A DNA stretch of 63,991 nucleotides, counting the filler, from Basidioascus undulatus (lineage: Eukaryota), in the NCBI GenBank assembly GCA_000826855.1. It is 5 parts of 5 records of this genome, joined end to end, with 100 filler letters (N's around TTAATTAATTAA, not from the genome) between each part and the next. Parts side by side here need not be neighbours in the genome. Positions count along the whole stretch, not along the records: positions 25,876 to 38,697 come from JTLS01000873.1; positions 38,798 to 51,616 come from JTLS01000874.1; positions 51,717 to 63,991 come from JTLS01000927.1; 2 more parts are not named here. One strand, given 5' to 3'. The translations under genes were made by a program, and so were the position numbers. The stretch's first letter is position 1, and every line of letters begins with the position of its first letter. The notes below the pieces were generated by a model. The model made no database searches, had not been told where the DNA came from, and was given only the letters and a program-made list of their open reading frames with translations. Shown in pieces: positions 37,039 through 52,293 of the stretch.

Positions 37039-38697
37039 GGGGAGGACAGGAGAGACGGGAGGGGAGGAGAGAGGGAGGGACTTGATAGTGACTCAGTTAT
37101 GACTTCCATTTCGCGATTGATGAGATGACATTGCTTTGAATGGGCGTTGCTGGACGTTCTTGCACTCGTTGCAGTCGCGCTAGTTTCGTGCCTCCCATCC
37201 TGCATGCGATCTTGCTTACAAGGTTATTGCTGTACACGGCAAACAAGCTAAGTTAGTTGATGTAGTCTCAGGGCACATAGAGCACCTAAATGCGAACATG
37301 AGTAGTTGAAAAGGGACGTTGATCCCAACCGCCTTATCGGCGAGATCGATGACCCCAGGTTTGTTCGATCGCCACTGCAGTCTTTTAGGTGCGCGTTTTG
37401 TGACCAAAGCGCGCTTGCCACTCCCTTCGTTCTCCAAGCAAGCATCCGGTCCCTTTTCCAAAGGCCATCATCCCACGCACACGTCCTCTCATCGACTTAA
37501 CTTCTTGACACTTGCTTCTTTCTCCCAACCGAATCGAGCCTCTCCCTCAGACACCTACCTCTCACCGACTCGCAGACGACCTTCCCGCTATATCACCGCT
37601 GCACTCCTGGAGCATATATGTCCGTGCCCTATCGTCAGTTCTCGGTCGGCTCTCACCGGGGGCACTACGCTGACTCGTCCAGAGAACCTTCCGAACAGGT
37701 TGAAACGCTTCAGATCCCGCTAAGTCCCCTTCATCTTGTTTCCTTTGGTGGCGCGCTGCTGGTGCTCTGCTGCTTGCACATTCCATCAGGCGGGAGCATT
37801 CAACGCCCATACGAACATTCGCGCAAGCGGGTGTACCCGTCATCATGGGAGGGAAGTAGACTTTAAATGTAGTCACCGTTCGGTGGAATGCGAAGCAGAG
37901 CATGAGGCGGGGCTCTGGGCGCACACTTCGTCGAAAACGGGTCTCCTGAACTCACATGCCACCCGCGCGAGCGGGTGTACCAGTGGACTGGGAGCAGACT
38001 TTGAAAACAGTCCCTACCTTGGCGGAATGCCCCTAAACCCTGCTGCAGCGCGCCGAGAACACGCTCGTGCTGACGTTTCCTCTCCACACACCCTCCCCAC
38101 AAGCGCAAAGCTTTAGCAAGGTCGTCTGAGTCGCGGTCATTGGTACGCCTGGGGATCGGACGCAGATGCGCAGGTCATTCGGGTGAGTGGGAATGGCTCC
38201 CTCGCGTATTACCATCGGTATCTGACATTTCGCTCCTGCATGTGGACAGACTTCCGGAACAAGATGTTCTCGTCAGGAGAGCGCTTGGGTGGATGTGCAG
38301 GCAGACGTGGGATTGGGCGGGAGCAAGTGGTCGAAGGCTAGGCTGCTAGTCCTGCTTAGACGGGGATCATCAACGTTGTTACAGGCTGCAGACCTTCTCG
38401 CCGTTATGAATGATTGCAAAAGAGCCAGGCGGTTTTGACTTGCCACGGCCGGGATCACCTGCATTGTAGAAAAACCATGCGATTTGATGAGCTACGCTCC
38501 ATTGATAGCCTCAGTACGTCTGAGCCTTGTGAGAACCGCACAGTCACGAGGCGCACGACTGTGAAGACCGAAGAACGTGCGGAGCCCGCACCCCTCCGCG
38601 TGAAGGAACTCAAATTCATCAAATGTCCGCCATACAGTCAGCACCAAGTGTTTCGAAGCTTGCGACGAGAGGGAACGTGAGCCGGTGAGCGCAGTAG

Positions 38698-38797
38698 NNN
38701 NNNNNNNNNNNNNNNNNNNNNNNNNNNNNNNNNNNNNNNNNTTAATTAATTAANNNNNNNNNNNNNNNNNNNNNNNNNNNNNNNNNNNNNNNNNNNN
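38698..38797. other. Artificial contig linker
   Basis: N44-TTAATTAATTAA-N44. Confidence 0.98.
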
Positions 38798-39576
38798 GTG
38801 GAATGGCAAGTGTGAGGGAAAGCTGGGAGGAGGGGAAAGGGAAGAGGGGGAGAGGCATAGGGAGAGAGAAGGGGTGGGGGACGCACAAAAGAGGAGAGTC
38901 CACTCGGACGTGCCGATGCTCGGGTCGTACACGCTGTCGTCGTAGTGCTTCTCGAAGCGCTGGCCGGGCTCGTACCTTTCCCGCCTCCCCACACCGTCAG
39001 CCTGTGCGCGCAGCCTGGCAGGTGCGCTCGCACGCACTTGTATATCCGGATACTCGGGTTCAGCCCCTTCGGTCTGGGCGGAGGGATGGCGCGGGAGAGG
39101 GAAGGGAGCGAGGCGAGGAGCGCGGCGAGGGGTGTGGAGGTGTAGAGGGCGTGGGCGAAGGTCGGGTCGAGGGTCGCGAAGCGTGCTTGAGCGGGGAAAG
39201 AGGTCAGTGGATGGGAGTGGGAGGCATGGGCGGGGTGCGACACACAGTTCGTCCGGTGCGCTTCACCCTTCTTCGCTGGTGGGCTTGCGAGCAGCGGCAG
39301 GGACTCGAGCACCTTGACGAGCGCCGCGCACTCTTTGGCGCTGAGAAAGTTCTAGCGGCGGTCACTTCACCCCCGTGAGTCTCGACCCGATCGAAAGATA
39401 TAATCGGCGATGGAGGACGAGAGAAGACGAACATCGATGATAAGTATCTGGTCCGGCTCGAGCTCCTCCAAGCGGAGCTGGAGGCCTTTCTTGGGCTGGA
39501 GCGTGGGCCAGGGCACTTTGAGGGGTGCGGGTGAGTTTGAGGTGGGCTTGGTTGACTTGCTTGATTTCGGGGGCAT
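38798..39576 (-). CDS. 2-oxoglutarate/Fe(II) dioxygenase, prolyl-4-hydroxylase-like (3' truncated)
   Basis: ILIIDNFLSAKECAALV...KGEAHRTN...GLNPSIRIYKYEPGQRFEKHYDDS...SEWTLLF, with the HxD iron-binding motif. Confidence 0.85.
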
Positions 39577-39875
39577 TGTTGAGGGGTCAGTGTGTGAGTG
39601 GTGAAAGTGAGATGGACGTGAAAAAGAACAAAACGAGCGGCTGTTGGCGGCTGAGGAGGAGTAGGGATATTCCGGGGAAGGAGCGCGGACAGTGGGCCTA
39701 CTTTGGACGCGACGCGACGAGATGGCGACGCGTCTTCCTCTCGCTCCTCTCGCTCGTTCCCTCTTCCTCCACGCATACCAATCATCCATCCACCTTTTCT
39801 ATTCCTTCAACCTCCTTTCTAAACCCATTCCTGCGCCTCGTACATCGACAAGGACTCAGGAACGACGCGCCCACG

Positions 39876-42800
39876 ATGGCGACCGCTTCCCCCGTGCGCT
39901 AACTTCCCTTGAGGCAACTGATCCTGTTTGGATGCTGACCCCTGCAGGAACCCTGCTCAGGACGACATTACCACGCTCTGGTGCCATGCCGAGGGTCTCA
40001 CCCGCGTCCTCTACTCCCCCGATGCAAAGTGCGCCGTGCCCTCCCACCCTGCGCCTGTGCCGTACTCACCTCTCCACCCCGTCCCCCCGCCTCAAGACGC
40101 CTCTTCACAGGCGGCAGCGACTCGATGCTGCGCGCGTTCGAGCTGGACCCTGAGACAGGCGCGCTCGGCGAGCCGGCGCCGGTCGACGGCCACACGGACA
40201 GCATCGCCGCGCTCGCGGCCGCGGGGGACTTTCTCCTTACCGCGTGCGAGGACGGGTGCGTGCGCATGTTCGGCCTCAAGGACGGCGAGTTCAGGGACCT
40301 CGTCGTCAAGGCCAACCTTGCCGCGCGCGCGGTTGCCGTCGAACGCGTGAGGGGCAAGGCGAGGAGGATCGCGATGACTTCGGAGTGAGTTGTTGGAAGG
40401 ATGGGGAGGGAGGGAGGTGCGCAGAACTCATGTGAAAGAGTGGGGGAACAGCGAGTTGGTCGTCAAGGTCGTCGACGCGCATGACCACCTCAAGGTCCAG
40501 CTCCTTACAGGGCACCAAAAGGCCGTGCGCGCCGCGTCCTGGCATCCGGACGGGGGGATCTTGGTGCGCCCTTTCTCCCTCCCCTGTCCCACAGTACTGC
40601 TCCCGCTTACGCCTAAACCCGGTCCGGGCAGACCACCTCCGGCGCAGAAGGCGCGATCCGAGTGTGGAAAGCGTCCGATTCTGGCGAGTTCACTTGCATC
40701 AAGACGCTCGAGGGCATCATCGCGGCGGACGAGGCGGAGTGCGTGTCGTTCTTGGGATTTCCGCAACCCTTTCTAGAGCACGGATCCCTAATGGCTTGTT
40801 CGGCAGATCCGAGTACAGCGTCGAAGCCGTCTGGCACCCCTCCGGCAACTTCTTCGTCTGCGCCGGGCGGACGCACGGTGCGTCTCCTCATCCCCCTTCT
40901 CACTCTCTCTCTTCGCCTCACCCCTCACCCAATATTCTCCTGCCGTCGCATAGATATTGTCATCATCGACAGCGACTACCAGAAGATCGGGACGTTCTCC
41001 AAGGACGGGCACGCGTCGGTGAGTGTTGCCCCTTTCACTGCAAGACAACCGGCCAGGCAGGTCACTGAAGGCTACGGACGGCTCGCAGGACATCGCCCAG
41101 CTCGCATGGTCGCCGAACGGGCGGTACCTCGCTTCGTCGGGGAAGGACGGGCAGGTGATCGTCTGGGACGGGGACACGCGGAGCGCGGTCAGCCGGTGGG
41201 TCTCTCCATCTTCCCCTCCCTCACACCATGGATATCCTAACCATCTCTCGTCTCCAGCACCAAGCCCGACACGCTCGTGACCTCCATCTCCTGGTCCCCC
41301 CTCACAAACGCGCTCGCCTTCATCGACACGACCGGGCACGTACACCGCTGGTCCTCGCCCGTGCCCGCCACTGCACCGCACCCCGCCGAGGGCGCCATCC
41401 TCTACTCGCAAGAGAAGGGGACGGGGGGGGAGAAGGAGGGGGAGCGGGAGCCGGCGGCAGGCCGGAAGCGCGCGGACTCGCTCGGCGCACAGAGCGAGGA
41501 CCTCTGGGGCGACCTGGGCGGCGGGGACGAGCTCGATGGGTACGGCTTGGAGGAGGAGGAGGAGGCGGCGTACAAGCGCGCGCGGAGGGGGCGCGAGGTC
41601 GGGGGGATCAGCCGTACGTCCTATTCCCGTTTCTGGTTCCGTTACTGTTTCCTCAGAATCGGTCTCACGGGGCTTTTGTGGGGTGGGTAGGAGCGACTAA
41701 AGGCCAGCCAGCCTTCCAGCCGGGCGCGACCCCCCTGCGGATGAAGCGCCGCTACCTTGCGTTCAACATGCGCGGCGTCATCCACGCCGTCGACCAGGAC
41801 ACGCACAACCTCGTCACCGTCGAGTTTTACGACAAGTCCGCACACCGCGGGTACTCGTTCCAAGACCATCTGAAGTACTCGCTTGGATCGCTCGGTGCGT
41901 GCCTTCTTCCCTGTCCCTCCCCTGCCCTCCCCTCCTTCCTCTTCCTCTTCCTCCCCTGTCCGACCCGCTCATATGCTCTTGTTTTGAGCGAGAACAGGCC
42001 CGCACGGCGCACTCTACGCCTGCCCCGCCTCCGGTAACGCGCCCTCGGTGGTACACTACAAGCCGTACGACGCCTGGGCGTCGCAGGCGGACTGGCAGGT
42101 CAAGCTGCCCTCGGGCGAGTCCGCCGTCTCGCTCGGCGCAGGAGGGAAGGGCGCAAGCCTCGTCGCGACCGACCGCGGGTTCGTGCGCTTCTTCTCGGGG
42201 AGCGGGATCCAGAAGTACGTGTGGCAGCTCGGCGGGCAGTGCGTCGCCATTGCCGCGGGGGAGGAGTGGGCGGGGGTCGTTTGGAGGGAGAGGGGCGTAA
42301 GGGTGGACGGTGAGTTGAGAGAGGAAGGGAGAGACTGGGAAGTGGCTGATGGTGTGTTGGTGGCGGTAAGAGTACGAGAACCTCCGGTTCGAACTCGTCG
42401 ACCTCGAGTCGTTTGATATCATCCAGTCGGGTCACCTTCCCCTTCCGAAGGGCGCGACGCTCAGCTGGATCGGGTTCTCCGAGGGCGACGACGTGCCTGT
42501 TCCTTCCCTCCCCCTCTTCACTTCCGCCGTCCCTCTATCTGACCTGGCTCTTGCTGGCTTCCAGCTCCCCGTTATCTACGACTCGATGGGCCTGCTCTCC
42601 GTGCTCGACCGCGCGCGGCGCCCGCTCCAGGCGCGCTGGGTCCCCGCGCTCGACACCAATACGCTGGACCGCCGCGCGGGCAAGGACGAGAGCTACTGGG
42701 CCGTCGGCGCGAGCGCGACGCAGATGCTGTGCATCATCCTCAAGGTGCATGCTTCGTCACGCTGCTTTCTTCAGACGACGGTTGATAGGAAAGTGGGCTG

Positions 42801-44552
42801 ATGAGGGTTGTGCCTGTCTGGTTGGTGGTCATAGGGAACGGAGGAACACCCGTACTTCCCGAGACCAATCATTCAGGAGCTGGACCTCCAGATGCCGCTG
42901 CTCAACCTCGACAGTGCCCAAGGCCAGCTCGAAGAGAAGTGCGTTTGAGTCCCACCAGCTTCCAAGAACTATAAACTGACAATTGCACGCCCTCGTCATT
43001 CGCAGGGTCCTCCGCGAGTCGATCCATGTCAACCATCTGCGGGACTCGCAGCCGTCCTCGGACTACGCGCTTGCGGACGAGCTCCGCAAGGCCGAGTTCG
43101 CAGTGGACAAGCACCTCCTGCAGCTCGTGCAGACGGCGTGCAAGGCGGACAAGCTCGAGCGCGCACTCGACGCGGCGCGCATGCTCTCGCACGTGCAGAG
43201 CCTCGACGCGGCGATCAAGATCGCCGCGTTCTTCCACCTCCCCGCGCTCCAAGACAGGATCTACCTCCTCAAGGAGGAGTGCGAGGCGGGCGGGGGGCCC
43301 TCCGCGTCCAACAAGTGGGACACGACCCCCACGCCCCTCCCACCGCCCGGCCGCGCGTTCGCAGCCCCCACGAACGCGGCGTCGCGCGCGCCCGTCCAGC
43401 CCTTCGCGCCCCGCCCCTCCGGCGTAAGACGCACCTTCGCCCCCGCCTCGCTCCCGCCTGCACCGTCCGCGCACCGCCCGACGTCGTCAGCTATCACGTG
43501 GGACGAGCCCGAGCCGGAGGAGCGCGAGCCGTCGTTTGTCCCCGAGACGCAGGGCGCGTCGCGCAGGGACGAGGACGCGCTCGATGACGATGACGGGGAG
43601 GAGCCGATCACGTTTGGGGATGAGGACGACGTGGATGAGGAGGAGGCTGCCGGGGCAAAGCGCAAGCGCCGCGCTGCGGAGCCGGCGGGGGAGGAGTACG
43701 AGAACGAGTCGCCTGAGCCCAAGCGGAGGGTGGCGTCCCCCGAGGAGATGTCTTCGCTGTCGTCCAGCGCGCCCCCGCCGCCTAAAGCTGGTGCATCTGG
43801 CCCCACCCGTCTCGTTGCGTTTTCTTGTCTTGGTACTCACTTGCACAAACCACACAGCTGCCAACCCCTTCGCGAAGCGAGCTGCGCCCACCTCCGGCGC
43901 GAGCGCCAAATCCAACAATCCCTTCGCAAAGTCCAGCACCTCGCTTAAGCCCAAGAAGTCGCTGCACCACTCGTACGCTCCCACACCCTCCCACCCCCGT
44001 CTCGCTCGTCGCTGATCTGGAGCCCTGCCCCCGCGCCTCAGCGACTCGTTCTTCGACCGAGCCGACCAGCCGCAGCCGGGCAAGAAGTCGACCTCGAAGA
44101 GCAAGAAGTCCTCGCTCGGCCCGAAGCAGTCCACGCTCTTCGGCTTGCCCGCCCCGCCACCGCCGGACAAGCCGAAGAAGGCTGTCGGCCGACCCAAGAA
44201 GGCCGCGTCCAAGGCCACCGCTGCCGCCGTACCCGAAGCTGCTGCGGCCACGGAGGAGGCGCCTGCGGGTGGAGAGGAGCAGGAGACGGAGACGGAGCGC
44301 GAGACGGAGCAGGAGCAGGGTGGGGCGGAGGAAGACACGCAGATGGAGGAGACGCAGCTTGAGGTTCGTCCGCTCCCTTTCCTCCAACCTGCCATCCCCC
44401 TTTTCGAGAGAGCAATCAGGCTGATCGCGTCCTCGCTTGTGGAACAGGACCCGCCCGCGCCCGCACCTGCACCCGCAGCCCCCGCTGCCGACGAGCCGCC
44501 AGAGCTCAGCGCACGCGAGAGACTGGCGAAGTTTGCACTCGCCAAAACATGA
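39876..44552 (+). CDS. CTF4: Replisome hub Ctf4/Mcl1/AND-1 (WD40 + SepB domain + disordered tail)
   Basis: N-terminal WD40 repeats (LFTGGSDSMLR, LAWSPNGRYLASSGKDGQVIVWD). SepB motifs QPAFQPGATP..RRYLAFN, VTVEFYD, VATDRGFVRFFSGSGIQ, WVPALD, YWAVG, DKHLLQLVQTACKADKLERALD. Confidence 0.93.
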
Positions 44553-46026
44553 TTGCTTTCGCCTGTGATTGATATACCCTCGCACTTGCTTTTCGCATTT
44601 TCTACTACCAGATACATTGTTGTTTCGGTTTCCGCCGTGCCGCGCATGATTCATGACAAGCAGGGTTCGCGCTTGACACAGCTCGATGTCAAAGACGTTC
44701 GTGAAGTCGACTGAGTCTGAGCCCTCCCATAAGCCGCCAGAGCAATTTTTGTGTGGTGGTCGACGAGGTAGCCCTCGGAGCCCAGGAAGAGGTACATGAG
44801 CAGGGTGTCCCAGCTGCAGTAGCCACCAGGGTCTTTGGAAGGCCACATAATTTCAGTCTGGCCATTACGCCACAGTCTCTGGGCGCGAAGCATGCGGCGA
44901 GAGCGATGCGCACACGAGTAGTTTGGAGCTGAATCAATTTGAGCACGGTGGGAACAACCGTGGGCCGGTATGAGCTTGGATGGGCTTGGAGGGCGAGAGA
45001 GAGAAAAGAAGCGGGGGCGCGCCGCAGCGAATGGTGAGTTATTGGTGGCTGCTCGTAGTTTTGGGGGAAAGGACTCGACTGCATGCATTCTGTCATAAAA
45101 TAACCTTCAAATCAGACACATATATTAAACTCTCCCATTTTACAGGACTGATGCTGTGGATGCGTGGCTCGGTGTACCGCCAGGCCTGCCTGTGACTTGC
45201 AGCGCTGTACAGAGGCCGACGTCGGCTGGACCAGGGCAGAGGACTGAAAGTCCAGTAAGACTGAACTGGTAAAAGGTGTCACAAAAGACTGGTCATACCG
45301 CTTTGCCCCAGCAGAGCCAGCAAAGACATCCGGCGATGACACATGCAGCAAAGTAGCTAATCTCGCATGTAGCAGCGACAATTACCAGTGAACGAGTCTG
45401 TTGCAGTTTTGCGGCTGTAGCATCGCACGGCGCGCCGACCTGGGGAAGCCCTGCGAAGGTAAAGTAGTCGTTGCTCTTCACAGTTCTTATCAGACACATC
45501 TTGTCACAATGAATCCCTGAACGTACGCCAGAACGTTCCGTCCAGTCGACAGCCACGCACGACCACCCAAGCCCATGGCATACCGTAGGGACGGTCTCTG
45601 GCTGTCTGCGATCGGGAGCGAACGGGTGGGTCGAAACGTCCAGCTGCTGAAGCACTATTCACCTGGTGGTGATATCTGCCCACCGTCACAAAGAGCCCAT
45701 GCACAGCTGCCTGTGTCTCAATGTCACACTGCTCAAGCCTTCCATAACATGCTTGTCATTCCCGCCAGGCACGTCTGATAGAGAGAGAAGAAAAGAGATG
45801 CAGCAGAAAATGTGAGATACATTGTCTAGGGAGACCGGAAAGAGGAGAAAGCAATGAAACGGATCAAGGGGGGCAGGGGGGGCGGGTGTGGGGGCAGTGT
45901 GTGAGAGTGAGAGACAGCGGTGTGTCGACGCGCAGGATGAAGGGGACGATGCGAGAGCGCTTTTGAAGAAGTGGACGTGCGGCGTAGGTGGTCGTGTGTC
46001 GTGCGTGATGGGTTGTGGCGATGCGC

Positions 46027-48240
<2,214 letters not shown>

Positions 48241-49238
48241 GCTGGGCTAACTGTATTCGTCTAGAGTGTCGTTTCTGTCCGGAAGTCGGATAGAAGCGAC
48301 GGGTGTAGAGCGTGTGGGGAGCGTAAAAGCGGTGGGTGTGTGGCGGGGTGTCCAAAAAGAGACGAGGAAAAGGTGGGTGCGCCTGAGCCTAAGAAAATCA
48401 GAGGCGCCAACTGTCGGGTTTATGGATTCAGATCGGCTTTCAGGTGTACGCTGGCTGCATTGTTTTTCGCTTACTTTCTCCACCTGTTGCGAGTACAAAT
48501 GCTCATGTGAACGACAATTCTTGGAGAATACGAGGCCTTATAGACATCTTAAATGGCCATGGGTAAGTTGAAAGCTACTCAATGACCGCAAGCTTCAACA
48601 TCAACCGAAAGAGATTGCTTGCAGCCGGTGCCCATTTGCCCGTCCCAATTTCAGAGGCTTGATCAGTCAACAAGATCTAAGCAGCAACTACATCTCAAAT
48701 AAATCTGCGGAGCATCACATTCTCATCAGTCTATGCGGCGGCAAGGCGGAAGGACTCGAGTCGAGCGGCTGATGAATGTGCGGCGGATTTCCGCTTGCAA
48801 GGGCCGGCTTCCCCCTTCGCCCTTCGCCGCTTGCCTTCTCCGTCGCCTCCATCTCCCCTGCCTCGCCTAGCCTTCCCCTCGCCGCCGCCCACAGCGAGCT
48901 CGATACCCCCGGCGTACATCTTGGTGTCTTAGGCTGGCTGCACTCTCTGTCCCAGCTCATTGTGCGTATGCTTTCCAAAGCACCTTAGGCGGAGCCGCCG
49001 TGTGGAGGCGTATGTCTCGTGGCGCTGGATGCGAGCTCGGGCTGCTCATGGTGGAAGATGCGCTCACGCCCGAGCCAGCTGCATTGCCAACCGAGCGATC
49101 TTTGGCCGGGAGGGAGCGTCGGAAGGCCACCCAGTCCAGATCTAAGTGGACACTGACGTTCATTCACTCAGCCCCCGCAGATAGTCAATCCGTTCAACTC
49201 GCTTCCCATCCTCCCACCAATCCCCCATCCGCCTTACA

Positions 49239-51616
49239 ATGCCCCCTACCGGCCCCTCCTCGCGCGGCGGACGTTCCCGCCGCGCCAACTTCAACGGGGC
49301 GCTGTTCTCGGGCACTCCGCCGAGCGAACACTCCTCCGTGTCCCCTCCGCCGGGTTTCGCGCCCCCGAAGATCGACCTGCCAGAGGGGACGTCGCCCAGC
49401 GCGCCCGTGACGAACCTGACGCCCCCTCCCGAGCCCGCTGAGGGCGAGTCCCCCGTGTGCTTCATCTGCGCCGAGAAGGGCCACATCTGGTCCATTGGCG
49501 CGTGCAGCCATCGCATGTGCCACGTCTGCAGCGTGCGCCTCCGCGCGCTGTACAAGAACCGCGTCTGCCAGTTCTGCAAGGTCCGTCCGTCTCCTTCCCC
49601 TCCGTTCCCCTCCCTTGTCGGCGGCCCGGGACCGCGAACTGAAGGAGCGACGCGGGGAAGCAGGAGCCGCTCCCGCATGTGCTCTTCACAAACTCGGCGA
49701 CGGAGCCGTACCAGTCGTACCATCCCGACGCGTCTTGGCCGGTGGACGACAAGCTCGCTATCCAGTGCGAGACGCCCGCGATCCTGAACGAGACGATGAG
49801 CCTCCTCCGGTTCAAGTGCCGCGAGTGCGAGTACGTCGCGAGCGGCTGGGCGGCGCTCAAGGCGCATGTGCGGGACGTGCATCGCCGCCAGCTCTGGTAC
49901 GGCGCTCTCTACCCCTCTTCCGCTCTTTCTGGGTACATGGCTGACGGGTCCGTGTGGAAACAGCGACCTCTGCGTGAAGCACAAGAAGGTCTTCGCGCAC
50001 GAGCACGCCTTCTACACCGACGAGGAGATGCGCGTCCACAAGCCACCGCTACCGTCCACGTCGGCGCGAGCGAAGAAGGTCATCAAGAACAAGGACTCTC
50101 ATCCGGGCTGTGACTTCTGCTTCAATTATTGTGAGTCGCAGTTGCCCTTCGAGTTCACGTCGGATTCGAGGAAACATTCCTGACGGTGTGCGACGGCGGC
50201 AGACTACGACGACGATCAGCTGTATGCGCACATGCGCGATCTACACGAAGAGTGCTTCTTGTGCAAGGCTGCAGGGATACGATATCAATAGTGCGTCTCA
50301 CCGTCTCCTGGATCTGTTCCTTCTCACTCCCGCTGACTTGTTCTCGCTCGAACAGCTTCCGAAATTACGCTGATTTGGTGCGCTTTCGCCTACCGCTCAG
50401 TCTCAGTCCCTTGTGCGCGACAGCTGAATGTGAACCCACTGGATATAGGAACAACACTTCACCGATGATCACTACCCGTGCATGCACCCATCCTGCGTCG
50501 AGAAGAAGTTCATCGTCTTCAACTCCGACCTCGACCTGCGCGCGCACCAAGTCGAGGAGCACGGCGGCGAGCTATCCGCGCGGGCGCGGCGCGACGCCGC
50601 GCGCATCGAGGTGCCCTGGGATTCGTCCACCTCGTCCGCACCGCGCGGCAGCGGCGCCGGGGGAAGAGGTGGGCGCGGAGGAGGCGGCGCAGGAGCAGCA
50701 GGAGGGTCCGGAGGCAGAGCGCCGCCCCAGACGGCTAGCACGAGAAGAGCCAACTTCGGGGCGACGCTCACCCAGAACGCTATGGCCATCGAGCGCCCAG
50801 TTCTCGCTACCGACAGCGCACCGCCGTCGGGCACGGCTACACCCATCGACGGGTCCGCAAGTGTCGATCCTGAAGCAGCCGCGTTCGTCCCTCTGCTCCT
50901 TTGCCCCCCTCTAACCCAAAGTCGAAGGTGTCGCTGACGCTTTTGATTGCACCTGGGGCAGTCGGCACGCGGCGCTGATGGCCCGCGTACAGCAGCACAC
51001 GTCGTCCGAGAACGACATCCACCGCTTCAAGTTTGCGGTGCGCTCCTTCCGCGCCAACGAGTCGACGCCGCGCGACTTTGTCCAGGGCCTGCTCCCCATC
51101 TTCAAGAACGACGTCGACGTCACGGGCAGGATTGTCAGCGGCCTCATCGACCTCTTCGACGACGCCGACAAGAAGCGCGCGCTCCTCCAAGCGTGGAAGA
51201 CGTTCAAGGTTGAAGTACGTTGGCTCTCTCGGGGGTTCCACATGCCGGACCCGGGGCCTTAACTAACGACACGATGTATCTCCATAGCGCCGCGATGCCT
51301 TCCCCTCCTTGGGCGGTGCCGGTCCCTCGAACTACGCCAACCCTCGTTCGACTGGCGGGCGTGTCCCCGATGCAGCCCCCGCCCCGTCGCGTCCGGCCGG
51401 CGCGTCGTCCGGCAACCGTGTCTGGGACCGCGTCGACCGCGTAGCGAGCGCGTCGTCCGGGCGTGGCTCCGGGCCCGTCCCCGTCGTCCGCCAGAACATT
51501 TCGTTCCCCGCGCTGAGCACGAACGCGCGGCCCGCTGCCTCCTCATCCAGCACGCCCTGGGCAGGCGGGGCCGCCTCGCGTGCAGCCGGCCCGCCACCCG
51601 CCTCGGCCTTCCCTTC
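49239..51616 (+). CDS. HEL2: Ribosome quality-control E3 ligase Hel2/ZNF598 (3' truncated)
   Basis: RING CFICAE...CSHRMCHVCSVRLRALYKNRVCQFCK, followed by C2H2 fingers CDLCVKHKKVFAHEH, HPGCDFC...LYAHMRDLHEECFLC and HYPCMHPSCVEKKFIVF. Confidence 0.93.
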
Positions 51617-51716
51617 NNNNNNNNNNNNNNNNNNNNNNNNNNNNNNNNNNNNNNNNNNNNTTAATTAATTAANNNNNNNNNNNNNNNNNNNNNNNNNNNN
51701 NNNNNNNNNNNNNNNN
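51617..51716. other. Artificial contig linker
   Basis: N44-TTAATTAATTAA-N44. Confidence 0.98.
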
Positions 51717-51758
51717 TTCTTCTGTTCCCGTCCCTGAAGCGCGCCAGGTGGAGAACAG

Positions 51759-51944
51759 GACACCCCGCAGCAAGAGAACGGCTACGACTGCGGCGTCTTC
51801 ACGTGCCGGTTCATCGAGGCGCTCGCGCGCGGCGTCGAGGTTGACTCCGAGGAGGGCGGCGCGTTCGACTTTGACCAGAAGGACATGGAGTATATGCGCA
51901 AGCGGATTATCTGCGAGATTGGGCGCGGGAAGTTTTTGGACTGA
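51759..51944 (+). CDS. Last exon of a Ulp1/SENP-family (C48) protease
   Basis: DTPQQENGYDCGVFTCRFIEAL...FDFDQKDMEYMRKRIICEI, containing the PQQxNxxDCG catalytic-Cys motif. Confidence 0.88.
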   Translation, partial: DTPQQENGYDCGVFTCRFIEALARGVEVDSEEGGAFDFDQKDMEYMRKRIICEIGRGKFLD

Positions 51945-52293
51945 GAAGGGGTTGGGGCGAGCGAGGACAGGAGAGGGGAGGGGGTGGATGGCGTTATGGT
52001 TATGGAGCTCATTTTCATTTTTTCAGTGTCTCTTCCTTGTGCGGGTTGAGCGCCGGATTCGCTTGCGCAAGGCCGGTGTGTATGTGTGTTGGGCTTTTCG
52101 CTATCTGGAAGTAGACGAGGCACGCAATGCGCAGTGCAGGCTTCTCCTTGCCCCATCGGCTTCGCTGTTTCTCCGGCTCACCGCCATCTAATCTTCGTCC
52201 ACATTAAGGATATATCACGTGCTTAAAAAAGATACTGAAAACTTTTGGAAACGGCGTGGAGCAACAATGGCTAGGGAATAGGGTCGTTGACGA

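Noticed and set aside
44651..45750. Coding-like fragments between CTF4 and eIF4A
   Set aside because: No recognisable motif, no consistent frame and no codon bias.
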